DNA of 64,000 nucleotides from an uncultured Fibrobacterota bacterium (GCA_963753345.1 CAVWBU010000016.1:32001-96000), one strand, 5' to 3'. Counted from the first letter of the stretch, positions 19,586 to 29,354 are shown. Numbers and translations are program-made. Notes: a model not told the origin generated them from the sequence alone.

Positions 19586-21911
19586 TCACCCGCCCTTTTT
19601 GCGCACCTTGTAGGCGTTTTCCACCATCGACTTGAAGAGCTTGAAGTCATTTGCCGGCATGAAGCGCTTGAGCGGCCGTTCCGCGCGCTTGAACTCGGCA
19701 TAGGCCGCTTCAATCTTGTTGTCCCGCATGAGCCCGTTGATCTTGTCTATCGCCTCCTGCTCCTTCGATTCGGCCGGCGCGGTCTGGCCGGCTGCAACAG
19801 CCGGCGCGGCCTGCTTCTGCTGCACCTCGACCGCAAGCTGCATCACGGCCTGTTCGAGGGTGTTGAACACCTGCACGTCCACGAATTGGGCAATGAATTT
19901 CCTCTCGTCTTTGAATTTGTCAAGCGCTTCCGCCGCCTGTTTCCGGTCAAGCATGTCGTACAACTCCATCACCTCGTCCTGCGCCTTCTTCTGGTTTTCC
20001 CTGAGGCCGGCAAGCGACACCTGCACCGATGCCGGCGGCGGCGGGGCTTTCTCCTTCTCTTGAGGGGCAACGGCCGGCGGCGGAACGACCGGTTGCGGCG
20101 CCGGCTGGGATTGCGCTTTCGCCTGCGCAGAGGCCCTTTTCTGCGCTTCGATTTCGTCCCTGCGCTCCTTCTCCGCCTGTGCGACGAGTTGCTGCTGCCG
20201 CTCCTGTTCGGTGCGGGCAGCGCGGTCCTTCTCCATCTGCTGGGCCTGCTCCCTGATCCTGCGATCTTCGTCGGCCTTTGCCTGCGCCTGCTGCTTTGTT
20301 GCCGCGTCGATGCTGTCCCTGCGTGCCTTCTCCTGCTGGGCAGCGAGCTGTTTTTTACGGTCCTGCTCCTGCTTTAATGCATTGATGCTGTCTCTGCGCG
20401 CCTGTTCCTGCCGGGCGGCAAACTGCTTTTTGCGGTCCTGTTCCTGCTTTGCCGCGTCGAGGCTGTCCTTGCGCGCCTTCTCCTCCTGCGCAGCGAGCAG
20501 CTTTTTGCGGTCCCGCTCTTCCCGTGCGACACGCTCCTGCTGCTGCTGCACCGTCTCCTGCTGACGCCGCAGTTCCTCTTCCCCTTTTGCCATGCTGTTC
20601 CTGTCTGCTCCTGGCCGCCTCTACGCTGTCCTTCTTCGCATTCTCCTGCTGTAAAGCAGCCTCGCGGCGGCGTTCCTCCTCTGCGCGTGCGACGCGGTCC
20701 TTCTCCTGCTGCAATTCCTCCTGCTGATGCCTGCGCTGCTCCTCGACCTTTGCCTGTACCTCCTGCTTGCCCTTTATTGCATCGAGGCTGTCCTTGCGCA
20801 CCTTTTCCTGCTGGGCCGCAAGCTCCTTCTGGCGTTCCTGCTCGGCGCGGGCGGCACGGTCCTTTTCCATCTGCTGCGCCTGCTGCTGGCGCCTGCGTTC
20901 TTCATCAACCTTGCCCTGCTGTTCCTGCTGTTGCTTCTTGACCGCATCAAGGCTGTCCTTGTGAGCCTTTTCCTGGCGGGCAAGCTCCTGTCTTCGCCTG
21001 TCTTCTTCCTGTTTCGCCTGCAGATCCTGTTGTCGCTTCTGCGTTTCGAGGCTGTCCTTATGCGCCTTTTCCTTCATGGCCGATTCCAGTTTGAGGCGAT
21101 CTTCTTCGGCCTTGCGTTTTTTTTCCTCCTCGGCCTTGACTTTTGCCAAACGTTCTTCTTCCTTCTTCTTTTCCTTCTGTTCCTTCTCCAGCCTCGCCCG
21201 ATCGGCCTTTTCCTTCTGCTCCAGCTCTTTTTTCGCCTTTGCCTCCTGAACGTTCTTGATGCTGTCCGCATGGGACTGAACGATTCTCTGCGCCGTCCTG
21301 AGGATGTAGGGATCGGTGGACGGGTCAGGCTGCTGTCCGCTCTCCAGGGCCTTCAGCGTGCGCGCCAGCGCGTCCCGCTCCCGCGCCTGCTGAATTGCGG
21401 GCGCTTCCAGGAGGATCTTCTTCTCCACGGCTTCGATCTTGACTTCAGAAACGCCGAAGCCGCGAAGATCGTTTTTTGTGTACTGCAGCGCCGAATCGAC
21501 GCCCTGCGACTGGAGAATATCGAGGCTGATCTTGACAAGAGAGTCTTCCCTGGACCCCAGGGCGGCCTTCACCTTGTCGATCCTGGATTTGAGGGCAACC
21601 GCCTCTTCCTGCGACATGCCGCTCTTGATCTGCTTGAACTGGTAGTCGAGCAAGTCGATCTCGCTCCGCGCACTCTGCAGCTTGTTCTGGTCGAGATACC
21701 CGTTCGCATCGGCGAAGTTCTTCTCTATTTTCGCCTTCTGCTTGTTCGCGTCCGACTTGAACAGCTCCTTCTGTTCCGCGGCCTGGCACGATCCCGACGA
21801 TAAAACTTGCGTTGCAAGAAATCCGACGGGCGCCGCGCAGAGACACAGGAAAAACAAGGCGAAGGCTGAAAATCCCGTCTTCTTCCCGCCCGCACCATGG
21901 TGGGTTTTCAT
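19586..21911 (-). CDS. Exported long coiled-coil (E/Q/K/R-rich) repeat protein, split by a frameshift at 20581-20588
   Basis: GGAGG RBS; N-terminal hydrophobic segment; repeats of KDSL/RDSI continue across ORFs 20355-21911 and 19586-20593. Confidence 0.7.
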
Positions 21912-21954
21912 GGATGTAACCTCCATTGATGTCTTGTACGTCAACTGCCGTCCC

Positions 21955-23904
21955 TTATCCCGCGGTTGTTCGGTTCCGAGTCAGGTTGATCAGGCCGCCG
22001 GCCAGAAGAATCGTCTTCTGCCTCGACGACAATTCGACATTGAGCGTGATATTCGCGCCGGTTGCCGTGTTTACGAGCGCGACCTGCCCCGCCTCAATGC
22101 CCGAATACGCGTCCTTCACTTCAAGCGTGTCTCCCGGATTCAGGGCGTCATAGTCGGCCGGATTGACAAATACCGCCGGTACAATGCCGAAATTTACCAG
22201 GTTCGCCTTGTGAATCCGCTCGATGGACTTCGCCACCACCATCTTGACGCCGAGGTACATGGGGCATATCGCCGCGTGCTCGCGCGAGGAGCCCTGGCCG
22301 TACGATTCTCCGGCGACAACCACGTTGTGGAGTCCCTTTTTCCTGTTTTCCATGGCGCGCGAGGCGAATGTCTTGTCCTGCCTTTCAAAAACAAACTCCG
22401 CATATTTCGGAATATTCGACCGGTATTTCATGCGGCTCCCGGCGGGCATGATGTCGTCGGTGGTAACCTTGTCGCCGAGACGGATCGCAACCACGCCGGA
22501 AAGCGCCATGGGATATTCCTCGCCTGCGGGCGGCGCGCCGATGTTGGGCCCGCGTGCGATTTCAACTTTCGAGGTCTTTTCCGGCGGACGCACTATCATG
22601 CTGTCGTCGACAAGAAACTTGTCGGGCATGTCGATCGACGGATATTTCTGGCCGTCGAAGTACTTGACAGGATCAACTATCTCTCCCGCAAGCGCGCATG
22701 CAGCGGCAGCCTCCGGGGAGACAAGATACACCTGCGCGCTTTCGGTGCCGCTGCGGCCGAAGAAATTCCTGTTGTTTGTCCGGATCGAAACGCCGCCCGA
22801 CGCGGGCGCCAGCGAATTGCCGATGCAGAAGCCGCACGCGTTTTCCATGACGCGCGCCCCGGCGGAAATGATGTCGCCGAGAGCGCCGTTGCGGCTTATC
22901 ATTTCCAGAACCTGGCGCGAGCCGCACGAGAGCGCCAGCGACACATGCTGGGCGATTTTCCTCCCGCGCAGGACGCCGGCCACCAGCATCAGGTCGCGAT
23001 ACGATGAATTGGTGCACGACCCGATGCACACCTGCTGCACCTTCGTCCCCGCGATGTCGGAGAGCCGTTTCACGTTGCCGGGCGAATGCGGCGTGGCGGC
23101 AAGCGGTTCCAGCGTGGAAAGGTCGAGATGAATGACGCGGTCGTAGCCCGCGTCGTCGTCGGCCGCCATGGCATGGAAACAGTCCTCCCTGTCCTGGGCG
23201 CGCAGAAACGCCCGGGTGACATTGTCGGACGGAAAAACCGACGTGGTGACCCCGAGCTCGGCGCCCATGTTCGCGATGGTGGCGCGCTCTGGCACGGTGA
23301 GCGTCTCAACGCCACGACCGCCGTACTCAATGACGACGCCAACGTTCCCCTTTGTCGAGAGGATCTCAATCACCTTGAGGATCACGTCTTTTGCCGACAC
23401 CCACGGCGACAGTTTTCCCTGCAGGTCAACCTTGATCACCTTCGGATAGGTCAGGTAGAACGGCCCGCCGCCCATGGCCACGGCAACGTCGAGTCCGCCC
23501 GCGCCGATGGCGATCATGCCGATGCCGCCGCACATCGGGGTGTGCGAATCGCTGCCCAGCAGGGTCTTGCCCGGACACCCGAAGCGTTCCAGATGCACCT
23601 GGTGGCAGATTCCATTTCCGGGACGCGAGAAAAGAATGCCGTATTTCTGCGCAACAGTCTCAAGGTATTTATGGTCGTCCGCGTTTTCAAACCCGTCCTG
23701 CACCGTGTTGTGGTCCACGTAGGAGACCGAGACCTCAGTCTTGACTTTTTCAAACCCGAGCGCCTCGAACTGCAGGTATGCCATGGTGCCGGTGGCGTCC
23801 TGGGTGAGGGTCTGGTCTATTTTGATCCCGACCTCGGTTCCGGCAACAGGCTTGCCTTCCACTATGCGTTCATCGAGGATTTTCTGGACGAGGTTCTGGG
23901 ACAT
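21955..23904 (-). CDS. Aconitate hydratase (short single-chain aconitase family)
   Basis: QDATGT; DHN; GICHQV; GSDSHT; IGSCTN; ACGFCIG; NRNF; YGQGSSRE. Confidence 0.92.
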   Translation of the reverse strand: MSQNLVQKILDERIVEGKPVAGTEVGIKIDQTLTQDATGTMAYLQFEALGFEKVKTEVSVSYVDHNTVQDGFENADDHKYLETVAQKYGILFSRPGNGICHQVHLERFGCPGKTLLGSDSHTPMCGGIGMIAIGAGGLDVAVAMGGGPFYLTYPKVIKVDLQGKLSPWVSAKDVILKVIEILSTKGNVGVVIEYGGRGVETLTVPERATIANMGAELGVTTSVFPSDNVTRAFLRAQDREDCFHAMAADDDAGYDRVIHLDLSTLEPLAATPHSPGNVKRLSDIAGTKVQQVCIGSCTNSSYRDLMLVAGVLRGRKIAQHVSLALSCGSRQVLEMISRNGALGDIISAGARVMENACGFCIGNSLAPASGGVSIRTNNRNFFGRSGTESAQVYLVSPEAAAACALAGEIVDPVKYFDGQKYPSIDMPDKFLVDDSMIVRPPEKTSKVEIARGPNIGAPPAGEEYPMALSGVVAIRLGDKVTTDDIMPAGSRMKYRSNIPKYAEFVFERQDKTFASRAMENRKKGLHNVVVAGESYGQGSSREHAAICPMYLGVKMVVAKSIERIHKANLVNFGIVPAVFVNPADYDALNPGDTLEVKDAYSGIEAGQVALVNTATGANITLNVELSSRQKTILLAGGLINLTRNRTTAG

Positions 23905-24036
23905 GATGAGTTTGGCCTTTGAAAAATTCTATTTCTATCTCTATGTGTTTAAGAAACAAAGCTGGGCGCCCTGAGGCTTTGCCGCGGCGGCCAGCCCCTA
24001 CCAGCATTTCAATCTATTTTCCTGCGGGGGAAAATC

Positions 24037-25947
24037 CTATTTCTCTCTCAACTTCTTCAGCACCTTTACAACCGCACCTTTGTTCAATAAATCCCTCATG
24101 ATTATCGGATGGTACGGATCGTCGCCGGGGAACACGGCAAGGAACGGCACGCTTCGCGAGCCCAGGGCGTGCAGCAGCGACTCGGCCTGCGGATTCGCCC
24201 AGGTGAGGTCGGCCCTCAGGGCCAAAACGTCCTTCTTTGCCATAAGGCCGGTCACCTCCCTTGCGGAAAGCACGGTGATCGCGTTATACTGGCAGTTGAG
24301 GCACCAGTTGGCCGTGAAATCGACGATGACGTGCCGCCCGGTGGCGTGAGCGTCAAGGAGCAGCTTGGGCGAGAAATCTTCCCACTGCACCTGGTTTCGC
24401 TCGGCCGCAAGCGCGGTCTGGTACGAGGTGTTCCTGTAGATGACGCCGAACGTAAGGTAATACCCGAATCCCGCAATGGCCAGCGCTGCGATTGCCGCAA
24501 CGGCCTTTTTTGACATAGGCGAATTCCACGGCGCATAGCGGAAGAAAAACACCACGGCGAACGCGATCGCCACGCTGAACCCCACCGCGCTCACCACCAT
24601 GTCTTTGGGCAGGCCGAGGAGGAAGTACACGGCGGCGCCGAGCAGCAGTATCCCCATGAGGTGCTTGAAGTCCTCCATCCATTTGCCCGGTTTGGGGATA
24701 AGTCTTACCAGCGTCTTGCTGAACGAAAAAAGCACGTAGGGAAACGCCATGCCCGCTCCTATGGACGCGAACACGAGGAAGATGATGACGGTGGATTGGG
24801 TAAGCGTCCAAGCGAGGGTGGCGCCAAGAAACGGCCCGCTGCACGGCGTGGCAAGCAGGGTGGCGAACATGCCCCGCAGATACTCGCCCAGGAATCCCTT
24901 TCCGCTTTTCCGTTCGAGGTTGGCAATGTTGGACGGAACCACCAGAACATACACGTCGAAAAGCCCGAGCGCGAACACAACCGTGAAAACGATGAGCGAA
25001 ACGAGAAACCACGGGCTCTGGAACTGCTGTCCCCACGAAAGCTGGGCAAACGAGGCAAAAGCCGCCAGCGCCATGAACACGGTCATGATACCGCCGGAAA
25101 AAACGAGGCTGCGCGCCAGCACCGTGCGGCGGGAGGCGCCCCCGGCCTTTGCAAGCGACAAAATTTTTATCCCGAGGACCGGCAGCACGCACGGCATCAC
25201 ATTAAGAATGATTCCCGCAAGGAATCCGAAAATGATGGCAAGAAGAAAATTCATGGAGATTTTCTTCTCGACCGGTTCATATTCCCATGCACGGGGTTTC
25301 ACTTCCGGAACCTCCTGCAAGGCCGAAAACGAAAGTTGCCCCGGCGGAGCAGCAGCGGAAAGCCGTGCCGCGAGCACCTGGAAATCCATGGGTTCGGCGT
25401 CCCCAAGCAGTGCGCGCAGATACGGCGCGGTATCGAACGGAGCGCCGCCGGCCTTGCCGGACGTCTCGATCCTGAATTCGGTCTCCGTGCTTACCGGCAC
25501 GCACGACGACGCGCATACAAGGCCGTCAAAGAATATCGTTCCGTCAATCGCGCCTGCGCCCGTGCTGTCGATAACGCCTTCAAGAAAGAAGTATGCGTCC
25601 TTTTCATACGCCCACACCCAGTCGCCGATTTCCGGGTAGAAGCGCCTGGGTTTGGTCTTGAGAAGTCCGTGCCAGGTAACGCCAGGGTCGCTGTACACGC
25701 GGAGTTTTGAAGGCTTGCCGATCCCCGGGCCGAGGGGATTGCCGTATAAATGGTATTTGTCCGGGATCGAGACGTGCAGCGCGGCGATCACCGTGTCGCC
25801 GGCGGCATAGGAATGTTTGTCGAGTGTGATGGAGGAGGTGAGGTCCTGCGCCCAAAGGTTCCCGCTATGAAAAGTGACAAATGCGAGAAGGGCAAGCGGA
25901 AAGGTAATTAGTTTCTTCAGGTGACAGGCATATCCCATAGCATCCAA
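24037..25947 (-). CDS. dsbD: DsbD-like protein-disulfide reductase (N domain, CcdA-like TM domain, thioredoxin domain)
   Basis: CASSC; LNVMPCVLP; ATPCSGPF; PKPGKWM; DFTANWCLNC. Exact start uncertain. Confidence 0.88.
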   Translation of the reverse strand: MDAMGYACHLKKLITFPLALLAFVTFHSGNLWAQDLTSSITLDKHSYAAGDTVIAALHVSIPDKYHLYGNPLGPGIGKPSKLRVYSDPGVTWHGLLKTKPRRFYPEIGDWVWAYEKDAYFFLEGVIDSTGAGAIDGTIFFDGLVCASSCVPVSTETEFRIETSGKAGGAPFDTAPYLRALLGDAEPMDFQVLAARLSAAAPPGQLSFSALQEVPEVKPRAWEYEPVEKKISMNFLLAIIFGFLAGIILNVMPCVLPVLGIKILSLAKAGGASRRTVLARSLVFSGGIMTVFMALAAFASFAQLSWGQQFQSPWFLVSLIVFTVVFALGLFDVYVLVVPSNIANLERKSGKGFLGEYLRGMFATLLATPCSGPFLGATLAWTLTQSTVIIFLVFASIGAGMAFPYVLFSFSKTLVRLIPKPGKWMEDFKHLMGILLLGAAVYFLLGLPKDMVVSAVGFSVAIAFAVVFFFRYAPWNSPMSKKAVAAIAALAIAGFGYYLTFGVIYRNTSYQTALAAERNQVQWEDFSPKLLLDAHATGRHVIVDFTANWCLNCQYNAITVLSAREVTGLMAKKDVLALRADLTWANPQAESLLHALGSRSVPFLAVFPGDDPYHPIIMRDLLNKGAVVKVLKKLREK

Positions 25948-26040
25948 AAATATAACGCGCGATTGATGTGAGTTGTTATTGATGGCGATAAATAACCTCT
26001 AAGGGGGAAGTTCAGCCCGTCTCAAAACTCAAGAGAAGAT

Positions 26041-26213
26041 TTGGGCGCCCCGCCGAAGACGGCGGCGGTTCTCCTTCCGGTCTCGGCCAAGGCCTCGGGC
26101 TGCCACGGCCCTATTCCTTTTGTAGAGACGCAGCGGCGCTGCGTCTCTACAAAAGGCGGGTCCGGGCAGCATCGTGCTCCAGCACGACCTCCAGTCGCCC
26201 CTGGCGCGTGGCA
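26041..26213 (-). repeat. Structured intergenic repeat family A, copy 1, containing a GTAG REP-type palindrome
   Basis: Minus strand TGCCACGCGCCAGG...GACTGGAGGTC...GCCCGGACCCG...ATAGGGCCGTGGC.GCCCGAGGCC...GGGGCGCCCAA, collinear with 29138-29336. Confidence 0.8.
26116..26156. repeat. REP-like perfect palindrome
   Basis: CCTTTTGTAGAGACGCAGCG-G-CGCTGCGTCTCTACAAAAGG, 20-bp arms with a GTAG...CTAC core. Confidence 0.75.
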
Positions 26214-26323
26214 TCAGGATTGTTTCACAATCAATACATACCTGACCAATAAGAATTCATTGCGCTACTTTATTATTATTCGGGAGGGCGCAAAAAATAA
26301 TTCTTGACAGAATATATTTCTGT

Positions 26324-26508
26324 TGCCGCGCGTTAGGTGGACCGGAGGGTGAGCTAGAGCGAATTGCCGACTGACCGCGGCCCGAAGGGCCCTCGCGGCA
26401 GGCGGCAACGAGGCGGACAGCCGAGCCCGCAGGGACGACGCCTCGAAGCACCCGAAGGGGTGGACCGACCCTCGCCTTTGTCTTGACAAAGGCGAGGGGG
26501 ACGCCCAA
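26324..26508 (+). repeat. Structured intergenic repeat family A, copy 2
   Basis: TGCCGCGCGTTAGG...GAAGCACCCGAAGGGGTGGACCG...hairpin...ACGCCCAA shared with 29138-29336. Confidence 0.8.
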
Positions 26509-26569
26509 GCGTTTTTTCTCTTTTATGAGGTCTGCCAACATATCCACGAAATCAATTATTTTTATCTTC

Positions 26570-27067
26570 ATGTTCGACTATAACAAGAACGAATTTCTGC
26601 GGGAAATCTTCTTCAAGACCAACGTCCTGCGGAAACCCATTTCCGGCATTGTGTCGGGATACCACGAACTCCCCTACATCCTTGTCGCGCCCGACGAGGC
26701 CAACGAATCGGCTTCAATCGAAATCAACGGCAAGATCAATGTCTCGCCGAAATTCATCGTCACGCCGGGGATGCTGGGAGAAACCTTCGGCGAGGTGTTC
26801 GACCCGGAAACCTTTGACAAGGAACTGCAAGGCAGGCTGTTCTCGTTTGCCTACGGCAGCAAAAAAAACGTGAAGGTCGAAAGCGAGTATTTCAACATAA
26901 AAAACGTGGAGGAAAAACCCGAGGATCACCTGACCAGGGTCAACGACCGGCTTGCCGTCCAGGAGAACATCAGGACCGGCCTCATCTTCGGCCCGCGGTT
27001 CAAGTATTACCCGGTTTCGATTGACAAATTCATCAATGAGATCGTTGACAGAGAATTCAGGGTGTAA
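26570..27067 (+). CDS. Hypothetical protein
   Basis: 165-aa ORF with host-like codon usage; no family recognised. Confidence 0.75.
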   Translation: MFDYNKNEFLREIFFKTNVLRKPISGIVSGYHELPYILVAPDEANESASIEINGKINVSPKFIVTPGMLGETFGEVFDPETFDKELQGRLFSFAYGSKKNVKVESEYFNIKNVEEKPEDHLTRVNDRLAVQENIRTGLIFGPRFKYYPVSIDKFINEIVDREFRV

Positions 27068-27096
27068 TCCGACAAGTCAATAAAAGGATTTCAAGC

Positions 27097-27245
27097 GGGG
27101 GAAGTATCCCCCTCACTCCGGCCCGGCCGCGCCACTTCACAAATCAGTATCCTGAATTGCGCGTCCGGTCCTCCGCTACCCCCTCCAGGGTGACCCCCAA
27201 GTGGAAGCAGCTGCCGAATCAAACACCTGTGCGGGGGCACCCGAG
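27097..27245 (+). repeat. Structured intergenic repeat family B, copy 1
   Basis: GGGGGAAGT.TCCCCCTC...CGCTACCCCCTCC.GGGTG..CCCCAAGTGG...GAATCAAACACC.GTG.GGGGGCACCCGAG shared with 28879-29028. Confidence 0.8.
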
Positions 27246-27310
27246 AAAAGCGTTGAACCGGTTTCCACCATTACTCTATTTCACTTTATAATTTCACAAG
27301 GGAATTAACG

Positions 27311-27751
27311 ATGTGGCTTTTCGGATTCTACCGTTTGTACATTTCCCTCTGCGCCGGCATCGCATGCTGGTTCCTTATCGCACGATCAATCTGGCTTTCG
27401 ATGCTTGCCGCGCTGGCGGTGCGAGCCGTCTGGTTCGCGGTCGAAATGATTGTTGAGAGAATGGCGGTTGAAAACGACTTCAAACGCCATGTTTACTCAT
27501 TCAAACAGCAGCTCGGCCCCTACGGCATCCGCGTTGCCAACCAGGCGGAAAAGGATTTCAGGACAAAAAAAAGCCTCGCTGAAGTCTTTGTCTCGGATTC
27601 CGCGAGGCTTGCGAAAAACATCGACCAGCTCAGGATGCTGGATACTCTGTTCAAAGCGGGAATGCGCCCCGATAATGACGCATGGCTGCTTCACGACTGC
27701 AAACTCAAGTACGGAACGTACCGCATTGAGCAGGACAAGGGCGGCCGCTAA
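27311..27751 (+). CDS. Hypothetical membrane protein
   Basis: AAGGGA RBS; two N-terminal hydrophobic segments and a soluble C-terminus. Confidence 0.7.
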   Translation: MWLFGFYRLYISLCAGIACWFLIARSIWLSMLAALAVRAVWFAVEMIVERMAVENDFKRHVYSFKQQLGPYGIRVANQAEKDFRTKKSLAEVFVSDSARLAKNIDQLRMLDTLFKAGMRPDNDAWLLHDCKLKYGTYRIEQDKGGR

Positions 27752-27754
27752 AAG

Positions 27755-28747
27755 CTATTTCGAAAACATCGAAAGGTTTTCTTTGTACGACGTATCCGCG
27801 TACACGATCTTCGAAACCGACATCAGGCTGTCCACGAAGTGCTTCACCACGTCGTTCTGTTTCCTGAGCGTGAGCACTTTCCGTATCTGGTCCCTTGCCT
27901 TTTCGAAGGGCTGCGGCGGCAGCATCTCCTCCCCCGTCTTCTTTGCAATGTGAAACCCCGCCTCGGTCTCGAAGACGGCGCTCACCTCGTTCGGCTTGAG
28001 GGACGTGGCGACCACGTCGAATTCCTTCTTGAGATCCCCCTTCTTGAACCATCCGATGTCGCCGCCCGCCTGCGCCGTTGACGGGTCCTGCGAGTACTTC
28101 TTCGCGGCGGCGGCAAAATCCTTCCCGGCCTTGACTTCCGCAAGTACCTGAGCCGCCTTGTCGGCCGCAGCCTTCTTCTGCGCCGGCGTGGCGTCCTTCT
28201 TGACGGTAATAAGAATCTGGCTCACCCTGAACCGCTTTTCCGATGCGAATTGCGCCTGGTTCGCGTCGTAATATTCCTTGCATGACTTGTCGGGCACAGT
28301 GTCCGAAGACCTGCCGAGCGACTTGATGAGGGTGTCGATAAGCAGCCCGTCACGCACCTGGTTGCGCATGTCCTGCCTGGTTTGTCCCATTTTGGCAAGT
28401 TCCCTGTCCAGCGTTGCGGAATCGGGAAACTGTTTCTTGATGCCGTCGAGCGTCTGCTCCAACCGCGCCGGGTCGCAGGCGACTTTGCGCTTCTTGGCTT
28501 CCTGAAGCACCACTTCGTTGGCGACAAGCTGGCGCGCGACGTTTTTCTTTATCTCCGGCGGGATCCCTTCCAAGGCTTTCTGGGGGAAGGCAGCGGCCAT
28601 CTGCTGCTTGTACAGCTCGACGACTTTGTCGATGTTATCTTTCTTCAGCCAGACGCCGTTCACGCATATCACGCCGTCCTTGGGCTTGTTTTCACCGGCG
28701 CAGCAAACGAGGAGCGCAAGCAGCAGCAGGGGCAGAGACTTTTTCAT
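27755..28747 (-). CDS. PpiC-type peptidyl-prolyl isomerase (PrsA/SurA-like lipoprotein foldase)
   Basis: Lipoprotein-like signal; VSQILI; FAAAAKKYSQD; GGDIGWF; ETEAGFHI. Confidence 0.9.
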   Translation of the reverse strand: MKKSLPLLLLALLVCCAGENKPKDGVICVNGVWLKKDNIDKVVELYKQQMAAAFPQKALEGIPPEIKKNVARQLVANEVVLQEAKKRKVACDPARLEQTLDGIKKQFPDSATLDRELAKMGQTRQDMRNQVRDGLLIDTLIKSLGRSSDTVPDKSCKEYYDANQAQFASEKRFRVSQILITVKKDATPAQKKAAADKAAQVLAEVKAGKDFAAAAKKYSQDPSTAQAGGDIGWFKKGDLKKEFDVVATSLKPNEVSAVFETEAGFHIAKKTGEEMLPPQPFEKARDQIRKVLTLRKQNDVVKHFVDSLMSVSKIVYADTSYKENLSMFSK

Positions 28748-28878
28748 GGGAAAACCTTTCGGGATGAACGTTGATTTTGCAGGATGTAAAGGAAAATGAG
28801 AGTAAGGAGAGAAAATATATAATGGATGATTGGGGGATTTGTCTAAAATGAAAAGCAAGAGCAAGAAATTTATCTATA

Positions 28879-29028
28879 GGGGGAAGTTTCCCCCTCGCTT
28901 CAGCCCGGCGCGCTTCCATATATTTTTGCTTATTGTCAACCGCGCCCCAGTCTTTCGCTACCCCCTCCTGGGTGCACCCCAAGTGGGGCCGGTTGCAAGA
29001 ATCAAACACCCGTGTGGGGGCACCCGAG
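28879..29028 (+). repeat. Structured intergenic repeat family B, copy 2
   Basis: Collinear with 27097-27245, with a variable AT-rich internal loop. Confidence 0.8.
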
Positions 29029-29137
29029 TAGAGTAGTTGAAGAGTTGAAACGTTGAATAGTTTCAAGAAGGAAAATTGATCCTTTAAATGAGGTTTCGAG
29101 CCAGCGCAATAGTCAACTTGACCGAATAGATTTCTTT

Positions 29138-29336
29138 TGCCGCGCGTTAGGCAGGACTGGAGGTCCCGCTATAGCGGGATGCCGCCCGGACCCGGCCCTG
29201 TGGGCCATAGGGCCGTGGCGGCCCGAGGCCGAAGGCCGACGACCCTTGGAAGCACCCGAAGGGGTGGACCGGAAGGACGGCCGACCCAAAAAGAAAGGCG
29301 CAAAATCATGCGCCTTTCTTTTTGGGGAACGCCCAA
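29138..29336 (+). repeat. Structured intergenic repeat family A, copy 3; its final hairpin may also terminate the convergent gene
   Basis: Same termini as copies 1 and 2; ends in CCAAAAAGAAAGGCGCA-AAATCA-TGCGCCTTTCTTTTTGG. Confidence 0.8.
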
Positions 29337-29354
29337 TTCTCTTCTTCTTATTTT

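Noticed and set aside
19586-21300. DNA repeats as a CRISPR array
   Set aside because: These are degenerate in-frame protein repeats with no constant repeat/unique spacer pattern and no cas genes.
23961-23998. Hairpin upstream of aconitase as another family A copy or an iron-responsive element
   Set aside because: Only the short TGGGCGCCC end matches family A, and there is no CAGUG loop.
26209-26223. TGGCAT-N5-TTGT sigma-54-like site
   Set aside because: It overlaps the terminus of repeat family A and has two mismatches; probably coincidental.
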